From positions 248,001 to 312,000 of the forward strand of contig MU054098.1 of NCBI GenBank assembly GCA_013239625.1: 64,000 bases of DNA, read 5' to 3'. Made by a program: the position numbers and the translations under genes. Under the pieces are notes generated by a model. The model saw only the letters and a program-made list of their open reading frames with translations. It had not been told where the DNA came from and did not search any database. This document shows positions 54,446 through 64,000 of the stretch, one piece after another. Source of the DNA: Lama guanicoe (lineage: Eukaryota). Numbering within the stretch: the first letter of the stretch is position 1; every line of letters starts with the position of its first letter.

Positions 54446-54841
54446 GCAGGGCCTAGAATAAGTCAAGTGAGGTACTCACCTCAGGTATAAAATTTAAGGA
54501 GGCTCAAAAAAACTCAGTATGCAAAATAAAAATAATATTTAACACGACATTTTCAAAAATAAAAATCTATACAAGAACAAGATCTGATGAACAAAAACAT
54601 CAACAAAAAAAGACCAGATCAGACTCTGCACTTGCACAATCTTGCCTCACTCTAATTCCCTTATTTACAAAAGAAAAAAATTGCTTACCGAAACAGGTGA
54701 CCAGCCAGAGGACTATAGTCTGTCCATTTGGTTTTTTAAGACATTTCATTAAAATACTATTTATCTTGATATTTTTGGTGCTTCTTTAAATTTTGCACCC
54801 TTGGCACATGCCTTGCTTGCCTCATCATAGTCCCAGCCCTG
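54446..54841. mobile_element. MER45-like hAT-Tip100 DNA element
   Basis: Inverted ends cagggc...aaaatttaag / ttaaattttgcaccc...gccctg. Confidence 0.55.
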
Positions 54842-55109
54842 CCGAGTGACCAAATACTATTTTTTAAAACCCATTTTAGTGCCACAAAATATTTAGGAAC
54901 TCATGTTGGAGCCAGTGGTGGGGAGCAAGCAGCAGTTTGGAATCCACAAGGACTATGTCTTAGGAGAGTAAAGCCTATTGATACCAAACACGAAATAGAT
55001 CGTTAAAAATATGTGAAAGAAAAAAAAAACCAACGAGAAAATGTCTTAGGTACTATTCATGGGTATTCCCCTTCAGAGGTAAAGGAGAAAGAAGGGTAGG
55101 AAATTTCCC

Positions 55110-55920
55110 CAATCTTATAAAAGGCACCTTTGAAAAACCCACAGCTAAAATGATGATTAATGGTAAAAGACTTAAAAACTTTCCCCCTAAGATCAGAAAC
55201 AAGTTAAGGACATCCATTCTCATCACATCTATTTCTCATTTCATGGGAAATTATAGCCAGGCCAGTTAGTCAAGAAAAAGAAATCAAAAGCAGCCAGATT
55301 TGAAAGAAAGAAGTAAAACTATCCCTATTCTCAGATGCCATGATCATATATACAGAAAATCCTGAGGATACACACACCCAAATTAGAGCTAATAAACAAG
55401 TTTTGCAAGGTTGCAGAATACACGATCCATACACAAAAATTAAATTCTCCTTCTCTACCCGAGCAATTAACTACCCCCAAATGAAGAAAGCAATCCCACC
55501 AAGAAGACCATCCAATAGGAGGAAGAACAGTTTCCTTAACAAATGATATTGAAACAATTGGATATGCACGTGCAAAAGACTTTAAAAAAAATTAAATCCT
55601 ACCTCACACTATCTGCAAAAAATTAACTCAAAATGGATTAAAGATGTGAATGTACAAGCTAAAGCTAGAAAACTCTTAAATGGAAACATAGGGGTAAATC
55701 TTCATCGTTTCTTAAATATGGTATCAAAGCATGAACAACAGAAGAAAAAAATTAATTGTACTTCATCAAAATTAAACACTTGTGCTTCAAAGGACACCAT
55801 CAAGAAAGTGAAAAGACTGCCACAAAATAAGGGGAAATACTTATAAATTATATATCTGAGAAGAGTCTATATCCACAGTATAAAAAGAACACTTACAGCT
55901 CAACAATAAGAAGACAATTC
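55110..55920 (+). mobile_element. Decayed L1 ORF2 fragments
   Basis: RT-like ...FSDAMIIYTENP and downstream LKLNT/SKDTIKKVKR similarity, with many disruptions. Confidence 0.8.
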
Positions 55921-56579
55921 CCTTTCATTTCAAAAGTCCACCCTCCCTGCACTGCTCCCTCACTCTCATTTCTACAGTCCACTCTGCCTGCTCCCTGCCA
56001 CTTTCTGAGATCCTCCCTGGCTGCAATTCTCTGCTCATTTGAGGTCTGTCCTCCCCACTTGTTCTACTCTCATTCTTAAGGACCACTCTCCTTGCTCCTC
56101 CCTCTCCTCACTTCTAATGTTTGCCCTTACCACTGCTGCGTGTCTCATACCTCAAGTCGGAACCCCTGCTCCTTCCTCATTTCTAAAGTCCATCCTGCTT
56201 CTCCCTCCTCATTTATAAGATCAACCCTCCCTGCCCTCTGTGCCCTTCCGTTTCTAAGTTCTGCCCTCCCTGCTCTGCTCTCCCGTCCTTATCTCTAAGG
56301 TGAAACCTCTTCCTACTGGTCTTCCATTTCCCAGCCCTCCTTGCTTCTCCCCTCCATTTCTGAAGTCGCTGATGCTCTGTTGCTCCTTCGTCCATCGCTA
56401 AGGTTTTCTCCTTCCCTGCTGCCGCACCCATTCCTTCCCTCAGGCCTAGGGTGAATACGCGCCAACCAACCGGCAAGCAACCAAATAAACCTTTGCCAAG
56501 TCTGGCTGCCCGATCACCAGTCCTGGCAAACCACCCTAAGGTTTGCTCCTCCCACCCCTGGAGTCCAGTCATTGATGGC

Positions 56580-57260
56580 ACGAGATGGGACTGCCAAGAG
56601 CGAGGGAGGCCGATGCGAAGGGGGCGAGGAGCTTGCTATCACTCCTTAGGAAGGAAAAATACATTCCCGCACCTCACCGCCTCCAGCAATCCTTATTCCC
56701 CACACGACTTCTGTCAGTTTCGTCCAGTTTGCCGCCTGAGAGGCCAGGGCTGGGGGCGCGGGAAAATGGGAACGGAAGGGAAGGGCAGGAGCTGGGCGGG
56801 CTGGACCAAGGCTTTCTCCGCGTTGGGGCGGGTTCAGGACACAGAGGGGAAGCCTCCCGGTACCGAGGGGCGTGTGCCTCACAGCGGCGCTTCCAGCCCG
56901 CCCTTCGCTCAAGGGCTTGAAGGGCTCCCGCTCAAAGCCATTCAGCCCCGACTACCAACTACCTGGGGAAGGGATCCGGAATCCACGTACCTAGAGACAT
57001 ATCTAGAAAGGCCATCTTTCCCTCATTGCTAGGGTCTGTCATCACCTTTCCAGAAAATGTTAGTTTGGAAAACGAAGCCATCTCCTCAGCGTGGCTGCAC
57101 CACACTCCGAGCTGAACTAGGCTTGTGTGGTGCCCCCTCACTGCTCGCGAGGATCTTGACTAAACTCATCTCCCAATCACAGCACTTCGCCTCGCTGTTG
57201 CTAAGGTTCAGGGGGTGGAGCTTGGCATCTACACCCTCACAAGCCGCCTATCAGCAATCT
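56580..57260 (-). promoter_or_regulatory. CpG-rich promoter / exon 1 / start of intron 1 of LUZP4
   Basis: Marked CpG and GC enrichment over the rest of the window; GC boxes (gggcgg) in the first intron; surrounds the start codon. Confidence 0.75.
56991..57081 (-). CDS. LUZP4: LUZP4 coding exon 1 (MASFSKLTFSGKVMTDPSNEGKMAFLDMSL), 91 nt, ends phase 1
   Basis: ATG at 57081 in strong Kozak context (GAGATGG). Peptide resembles recalled human LUZP4 N-terminus MASFRKLTLSEKV...VNFLDMSL. Donor CTAG|gtacgt at 56990. Lies in the CpG-rich segment. Confidence 0.92.
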
Positions 57261-59361
57261 GGCTCAGCTGAAAAGAAAAAAAAAAAGAGAGAGAGAGAGA
57301 AAGAAGACCCGCCCACATCTTTCCCGCTCTTTCTAGGAACTGTCTCTTCCTCTGTGCATCCACCATCTAGTCAGCCGCAACTTTTTTTTTTTCCTGTGAC
57401 TGCTTGATCCTTGCTTTTCATAGTTATTAGAGGAACCCATTTCTCCTCTTTGCTGTTGATATCGCTGGCAAATAAAACCTTATGTTCCTGACGTGATGAT
57501 GGACTGGCTCTTTGTTTCCCTCAAATTTGAGGAACTACCACAAATCCAGCAGTTAGGGCTCATCCACAGGCATACAATACCACATACTTTTTCATGACTT
57601 ACCTAAAGGTGTGTCCATAACATTTTTTAGGAGAAATGTAATTATTCCTCCTATCGCCTACTGCTCAGTATACGCTATTTTTAAATGTTAAAGGAATCCT
57701 GTCACTGGTTCTTCAGGGGAATTAAAAATGAAATTAATAAATTTTGAGAGCCAAAAAATTGTTTCAGAAATCACAACATAAATGTCCTAAGTTATCAAAA
57801 TGTAAATTATTTAACTATTTGTTGTATTTAAGTCATTGCTTAGCACCTAAAGATTTAATCTTAAAGACTGATAAATAAATCTTTTTTTCAAAGTATATAC
57901 AATTGCCTGAAGATAATAAATATATGCAAAATATTAATTTCGGTGCCATAATTCAGTCCATCACAAATACTGAGCTGCTTTCTCTGTGAGGCTCTGGGGA
58001 TACTAGTAGCTACAGAATATATATGGGAGACTTAAAGGAGAAAATCCAACTAGTGTATCAGGAAAAATCATTAAAGATTAGGAAAATTAGGGGATAATTA
58101 TAGGGGCGGGAAGGGTATTTCCTGGCAGAGGAAGCAGGACTACCAACACACTCTGGAAAGTTCAAGCCATTCCATGTGGCAGGGTATGAAAAGATGAATC
58201 GGAAGAGATCAGCAGAGATTAGATTATTGAAGGACTCTAATATTATGTGAAAGATTTGGAGCATTTTTTCGATAAGATTTATTGAGTTATAGAGTGAGAA
58301 GGGAAGAGGATCAAGGACTAAACCCCAAGGAAATTACAAGGGAAACTGAGTGGAAAACATCAGAGAGATATGGGAAAAACCAAGAAAGTGGTATCCAGGA
58401 AATAAAGAGATAATTCCAAGAGGAAATTAGTAGTCCACCAGGTCAAGTGTTGCTGGAAGGTCAAATTAGCTAAGAACTGAAGAATTCATTAAATTTAGTA
58501 GTTAAGAGTTGGGTTTTTTTTTTAAGCTTTCAGCAGAGTTCTAACAGGCCATAAGTTGATAACTGATCAATTAATTAATTAATCTTTATTTAACAAACAC
58601 ATATAGCATTTATTATCTGCCAAGCACTGTTCTAACAGCTCTACTATTCACTCATTTAATCTTCACAATAATCCCATAAAGTAAGAACTACTATTATTTA
58701 TTTTTTACAGGTAAGGAAATGAAGGCACAGAAGCATTAAAAAATTTGCACGAGGACACATAGCTAGTAAATAGTGGAGCTACACTCAAACCTATGCTTTT
58801 AATGAATATTTCCACGAGGTAAAAATAGAGTGATTTTTAAAAAAGCAGAAATGATTTAATTAAACATGCTTAGAGGCTATGGGAAAGGAGGTAGGGAAAA
58901 GAGAGGCATTAAAAATAAAGGAAAGAGAGTAGGAAATAATCAATGGGCATATTCCCTATCCTGGAGGAAACAGAAAGAATGGAATTAAGAGGGCAGTTGG
59001 AAGGATGAGTCTTGAATAAGAGAAGAAATATACGTATAATAAAAGAAAAATCTTAATAAGTGAAAAAATGTCCTATATATTACACATTCTTAGACCTCAC
59101 CTTCACTCTGGATATTAGTAAGATTCCATTAGTAGCAATAACTCAAATTTCAATTTTTTTTGTTTCCAAAAAAACTGAAAAATGTTCCCTAATATTTCCT
59201 GAGGTGAAGGCAGTCTTTCATAAATGTACTCACAAACAATTCAGCTAGCTGCCATATGTAATCTGCTATTTCTTTTCTCCTCTGGACTCCTTTTCTTGGT
59301 ACCACCATGTCTTTCAGGCTTCACCATCTCTGGCTACAAATAAGGAATTTAGAACCCCCCC

Positions 59362-59465
59362 CTTTTTTTTAAATTGAAGTGTAGTGAGTTTACAATGTTG
59401 TGTCAATTTCTGGTGTACAGCATAATAGTTCATAGATATACATACATATATTCCTTTTCATATGG
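59362..59465 (-). mobile_element. Short L1 3' end
   Basis: Poly(T) followed by aattgaagtgtagt...tacaatgttgtgtcaatttctggtgtacagc. Confidence 0.75.
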
Positions 59466-60039
59466 AACTCTTAAGAAGTCAAAAACCACATACTAAAGTA
59501 GAGAACTTCTGTCTCTTCTTTGGGGTCACATTTATTAGAGGGATACCAAAGTGATACTTCTAGAACCCCAATGTTTTAAAGACTTTTACTGAAACTTTTT
59601 TTTCAGTTTTTGTTGTTGGTATTTTGTTTTTATTTTAAATTTGCAGTCCACTCTCTCTCTAGGTTTCTAGAATTGAGTCTAGTAGAAATTGGGCCAGAAG
59701 ACAACTAGAGACCTCTCATAAAATTACTTTGGATGAAAATTGCTTCTCTCCTCTGACAAATAAGACTTTGTTATTCAATGAGTCTAGCCTTGTATAGCTT
59801 TTCCTCTGCTTTCATTCAAATAGACGTTAAAACTGGGTCCCCTACCATATAAAGATTAATGTACAGTTTAGAAAGTTGTTTCTCCAAATCAATTGTAGAA
59901 CAATCAGGTATTTTTTTAGTCAAAGGTCTTTTAGCTGGAAACAACAGAAGCCTATTCCAACTAGGTTAAACAAAAAGGAAGATTTATTAGAAGAATCCAG
60001 TGGAGATCAACAGTATGAAGTGTACTTTATCCTCCAAAA

Positions 60040-60972
60040 AGGTGGGAACTGGTTAGTTTATTTGATATGCCAGCAGTATTTAATGCAGTTCATCACTCTT
60101 TCCTCTTTGGAACACTTTCTTCACTTGCCTCCTAGGACACTATGCTTTCCAGAGTTTTCTTCCACCTTACTCACTGCTCCGTTTAAATTTTCTTTTCTGG
60201 TCTGGCCTCATCCTCCTGAGCTGTAAACCACTGGTGCTCAAATTTTAGCATACAATAGAGTCACTTGGAATACTTATTAAACTATATCTTACTGGGCTCC
60301 ATCACCAGACTTTCTGATTCAGTAGGTCAGGAATAGGGTAGGAATATGTGCATTTTTAACAAGTTCCCATGTGTTGCTGATGTTGTTGGTCTAGGGACCA
60401 CACTTTGAGAACCACAGCTCCAATGTTGAAGCAAGAGCCCAGCTCTTAGACAATTTCTGTATTTACATAAACTGCTTCAGTGATTTCATCCAGTTTCATG
60501 GTTTTCAAAAGTAGCTGTACACTGATGTCTGCCAAATTTGAATCTCTAGTTCAGACCTCTCCCCTGAAAGTTTGTGTAACTGACTATCTACTTGACATGT
60601 CTACTCAAATATACAACGGTCATCATAAACAATTTTTCAAGACCCGATTCTTATCTTACCTCACAAAACTTACTCCCTCCAAGTTCTGCCCCATTTCAGT
60701 AAATGGCACCTCCATTCTTCTATTTGCTCAGGACGAAAGTTTTGAAATCATGCTTGACTCTTTTCCTTCTATCATACCATGTATCCAGTCCATCTGCAAA
60801 TCCTGTGAGCCTCTCCTTCAAAATATATCCAGAATACCACCACTTTTTGTCACTTCACTTCTACTATCTTGATTCAAGCCATTATTTCTTGCCTGGATTA
60901 TTGAAATAGCTTCCTAACTGAACTTTCTACTTCTGACCTGGTTTGTTATGTATATTCTCCACACAAAAGCTA
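60040..60972 (+). mobile_element. L2 fragment interrupted by MER5A
   Basis: tctagttcagacctctcccctgaa...cttgacatgtctactc...tcagtaaatggcacctccatt...atagcttcctaactg. Confidence 0.7.
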
Positions 60973-60987
60973 AAATGAGGCTTTTAA

Positions 60988-61137
60988 GGGGAGGATATAA
61001 CTCAATGGTAAAGCACATGCTTAGTATGCACAAGGTCCTGGATTTAACCCTCTGTACATCCATTAAAAATAAAAATAATAAATAAACCTAATTACCCCCC
61101 TAAAAAACCCCACAATCAATCAATCAATCAATCAATC
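60988..61137 (+). mobile_element. Camelid tRNA-derived SINE (vic-1 type) with (CAAT)n tail
   Basis: Full-length body; perfect 15-bp TSD aaatgaggcttttaa at 60973-60987 and 61138-61152. Inserted in an L2. Confidence 0.9.
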
Positions 61138-61304
61138 AAATGAGGCTTTTAAAACATTAGTCAGCTATCCAGCAAATGAAGTCCCTTCCTATTCTGGGAG
61201 AAATCCCACCTTTAGATTCTTATTGGGAGGCAGCACCTGCCTCCCATTATAGACCAAGAAAATTCCCAAGAAAACAGAGCAAAAAAAAAAAAAAAAAAAA
61301 AAAG

Positions 61305-61937
61305 ACCTGTATATCTGGAGGGAACTCTATTTCAAAAAGATACATGCACCCCAATGTTCAAAGCAGCACTATATGCAATAGCCAAGACATGGAAGCAGCC
61401 TAAATGTTCATTGACAGATGACTTGATAAAGAAGTTGTGGTATATTTCTAGAATGGAATACTACTTGGCCATAAAAAAGAATAAAATAATGCCATTTGCA
61501 GCAACATGGATGGACCTGGAGGTTGTCATTCGATGTGAAATAAGCCAGAAAGAGAAAGAAAAATACCATGTGATATCACTCATATGTGGAATCTAAAAAA
61601 AAAGAAAAGAAAAGAAAGAAGAGGGCACTAACGAACTCACCTGCAAAACAGAAAAGGACTTCCAGACATAGTAAACAATTTTCTGGTTACTAGGAGAAAG
61701 GGGGTGGGAAGGGAAAAATTTGGGAGTTTGAGATTTGCAAAGGTTAGCCACTATATATAAAAAGAGTTAAAAAAATTTCTTCTGTATAGCACAGGGAACT
61801 ATATTCAATATCTTGTAATAACCTTTAATGAAAAAGAATATGAAAACAAATATATGCATGTTTATGCATGAATGGGACATTATGTTGTACACTAGAAATT
61901 GACACATTGTAACTGATTATACTTCAATAAAAAAAAT
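61305..61937 (+). mobile_element. L1 3' fragment (ORF2 C-terminus + 3' UTR), relatively young
   Basis: ORF 61354..61596 (MFKAALYAIAKTWKQPKC...MEYYLAIKKNKIMPFAATWMDLE) is the typical L1 ORF2 C-terminus; ends in an A-tail. Confidence 0.92.
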
Positions 61938-62147
61938 ATGACCTAGACCAGAGGTACATGAAATCTGGCACTGGTACAACACAGGAGCAGGGACAGTGTA
62001 GAATTCATTCGGGCCCACAATAGCTAGTCTCTAGGGGCTGCAGTAGCAGTGGTGCAAATTTCAGTATCAGTGTATGGCAGTGGTGGCCTAATCAGATTAA
62101 TTTTGAGGCATGATTTTAGTTGCAATTCTTATTTTCTAGCCTCTCTT

Positions 62148-63075
62148 GTGTTAACTGAAAAAAAGGTACTACCTGAAAGTCGACAATTATGTTTTATTTG
62201 GGGCATTACTGAGGACTGTAGCCTGGGAAGGCAGCATCTCATATAGCTCTGAGAGACTGTTTTGAAGAAGTAAGAGAGGAGACAAGATATAGAGGAGTTT
62301 TTGCTGAGAAAAACAAACAAAACACATGTAGTCAAACATCAAAAGGTTACTGCTAATCACAAAAAACCCCAGACATCTCAAGTTAATGGTTTTAGTGCTT
62401 TTCTATATGTGAGAAGATGCAAGAATCTGGGCTCACTGAAATTATTACTTTGATATATATTTTAACTATCTAGGGGTAGTATCTATTTGGTTTGGTTGGT
62501 GCCTGGGTGGTAAAAGAACTTACCAAAGACAAAGTATGAAAATAGAAAAATGTGTTAAGTACACTGCCATAGACAAGAGCGGGCCACACAAGGGTCCCTG
62601 TGTGAACCCTGAGGGTTGGTTGCTGAGCTCTTTTATTAGGGAGGGTTACATCAGATACCGAAGGGTCATGAGGTGCATGATCGGCTTGTGCACAAGTCTC
62701 TGGTTGATGTTGAGATTATAGAGAAGGGAGGGGGCCGTGAAATAGTAGGGCTACCGGACTCTGGTAGGGGGCTGTGACTGGTCCCGGTGGTCAGGCTTCT
62801 GGGCATTGTATTGATGATCATTACCTCAGCTAAGGCAGGTACCTATTAGGAAAGGAATGCTCTTTTTTATTTTTAAAGGGCAGCAGCCGGGCGCCTGAGG
62901 GGCCTTGGTGCAGAGTGGCCTTGGAGTAGGAATCTGCCAGATGTCTGTGGACTCCACAGTAACTGTTTTTCTCCATCCTGAATTCCCTTCAGGGTGCACC
63001 ATTTGGGGGCGGCTGCAGTGGTTGATGGCTTTGTGACCAAAACATCCTTTGTTTACTGAAATGTCAGGCAACATT
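62148..63075. mobile_element. ERV1-type LTR(s), probably one LTR with a second LTR nested at about 62490-62840
   Basis: TG start, tgttttatttgggg, aagatgcaagaatctgggctcactgaaatt, ...tttgtttactgaaatgtcaggcaaca; abrupt change of composition in the middle. Confidence 0.55.
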
Positions 63076-63254
63076 CTGTGTCTACACTTACTCCTGCCCT
63101 TTTTCTTGAACCTGGTTCTTTAAAGTCTCTGGCCAGTCCTTGAACTACCCAATTGACTTTTGATAAATTCCTTCCATGCTTAAGGCAACTAGAGTTTGTC
63201 ACAGTCATAAAAACTCTGCTCCTACTGGCATCAGTAGAAATACCTAGTACAAGT

Positions 63255-64000
63255 GTTGTTGAAGCCAAGATCTTGTGCCTGACATACGGTGAGGCCAAAC
63301 AAACTGAAACGTCAGAGCTTGGGGCAGAGAAAGTTTTATCACAAGAGCCAAGCAAGGAGTATAGGTAGCTCATATTCCAAAGACTCAAACTCCCAGATGG
63401 GTTTCAGGGAAGAGTTTTTAAAGGCAAATTTGGGGTGAGAGTTGCAGGATGTGTGCCTTTCTTTGATTGGTTGGTAGTGAGGTAACAGGGTGGTGTTCCA
63501 GGAATCTCAGTTATCAACCTTCTGGTTCCAACAAGTCTGGGGTGCAGGTGCTTGTGCTCAGCCTGAAGTTACCATCCCCCACCTGGGTGGAGGGGTGAAG
63601 GCCTTAGTTTCTGTAGAAGAATCCAGCAATTTGTACTAGATTGTTATGTCTATCCCTTGAGGAGGAACTAACACTTGTTCTTTCCCTGCACTATTGTTTC
63701 TTGATTGCTTTTCCTTTGTGTCTGCATTCTTTCACTCCCCTAATTAGTAACTGTTTGAATCTGTCCTTTGGAATTCAGGGAAGTTTTAGGAGGTTTTTCC
63801 TACAAACAAGAAATGGGGGACATGAAAAGGTTTTTGTACCCGGGAGGGCTCCACAGAGTTCTGCTCAGTTTAAATTCCACCTTTTCTTTGATATTCCTCA
63901 GTCTTGAGGGGAACAAGTCCAGGACAAGAAAGAGAATAGAGCTTTAGGTAGAGAGGTTAATCATAAACTCAGCAGAGGAACTCGATTTTAGGGGGCCTCA
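63255..64000 (-). mobile_element. ERV1-type LTR plus start of internal region
   Basis: tgaggccaaacaaactgaaacgtcagag...gagaaagttttat; polypurine-tract-like ccaccttttct near 63880. Confidence 0.55.

Noticed and set aside
56451..57032. 193-aa plus-strand ORF, longest in the window
   Set aside because: GTG start, antisense to LUZP4 exon 1, in GC-rich DNA where long ORFs arise by chance; no protein similarity.
57082..57141. 20-aa N-terminal extension of LUZP4 in the ORF track
   Set aside because: Starts at GTG; the ATG at 57081 has strong Kozak context and matches the human start.
60988..61060. tRNA-like sequences with A/B boxes
   Set aside because: They are SINE heads with A-rich tails and TSDs, not tRNA genes.

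Overview
Mammalian, repeat-rich genomic DNA. Four vic-1-type tRNA-derived SINEs point to a camelid. One protein-coding gene can be supported: LUZP4, a germline mRNA-export adaptor and FYTTD1/UIF paralog, on the minus strand from a CpG-rich promoter near 57.1 kb to a poly(A) signal near 31.17 kb. I rebuilt it exon by exon from splice sites and phases. Exons 1-4 match the human 4-exon LUZP4 as I recall it, including the UAP56-binding motif LDMSLDDII split across exons 1 and 2. The gene continues through five further exons, and the last three align to the C-terminus of FYTTD1/UIF. Exon 7 is dead (2-nt frameshift plus a GT>AT donor) but is phase-symmetric, so skipping it leaves an intact 1080-nt, 359-aa ORF ending TNLSLHERFSKLKK. 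The exon 4 21-nt repeat reads SERSHGQ-type heptads in the coding frame and QRDL(V/M)A(T/N) heptads in the +1 frame, which is the human 'leucine zipper'; this implies the zipper arose by frameshift. The human C-terminal tail appears here as +1-frame read-through of the exon 4 donor. The left 31 kb is non-coding: old MIR/L2/MER5 repeats, a small CpG-rich element and a good CTCF motif. Comparisons to human LUZP4 and FYTTD1 rest on recalled protein sequences and need alignment. Repeat boundaries and family names are by eye and approximate.
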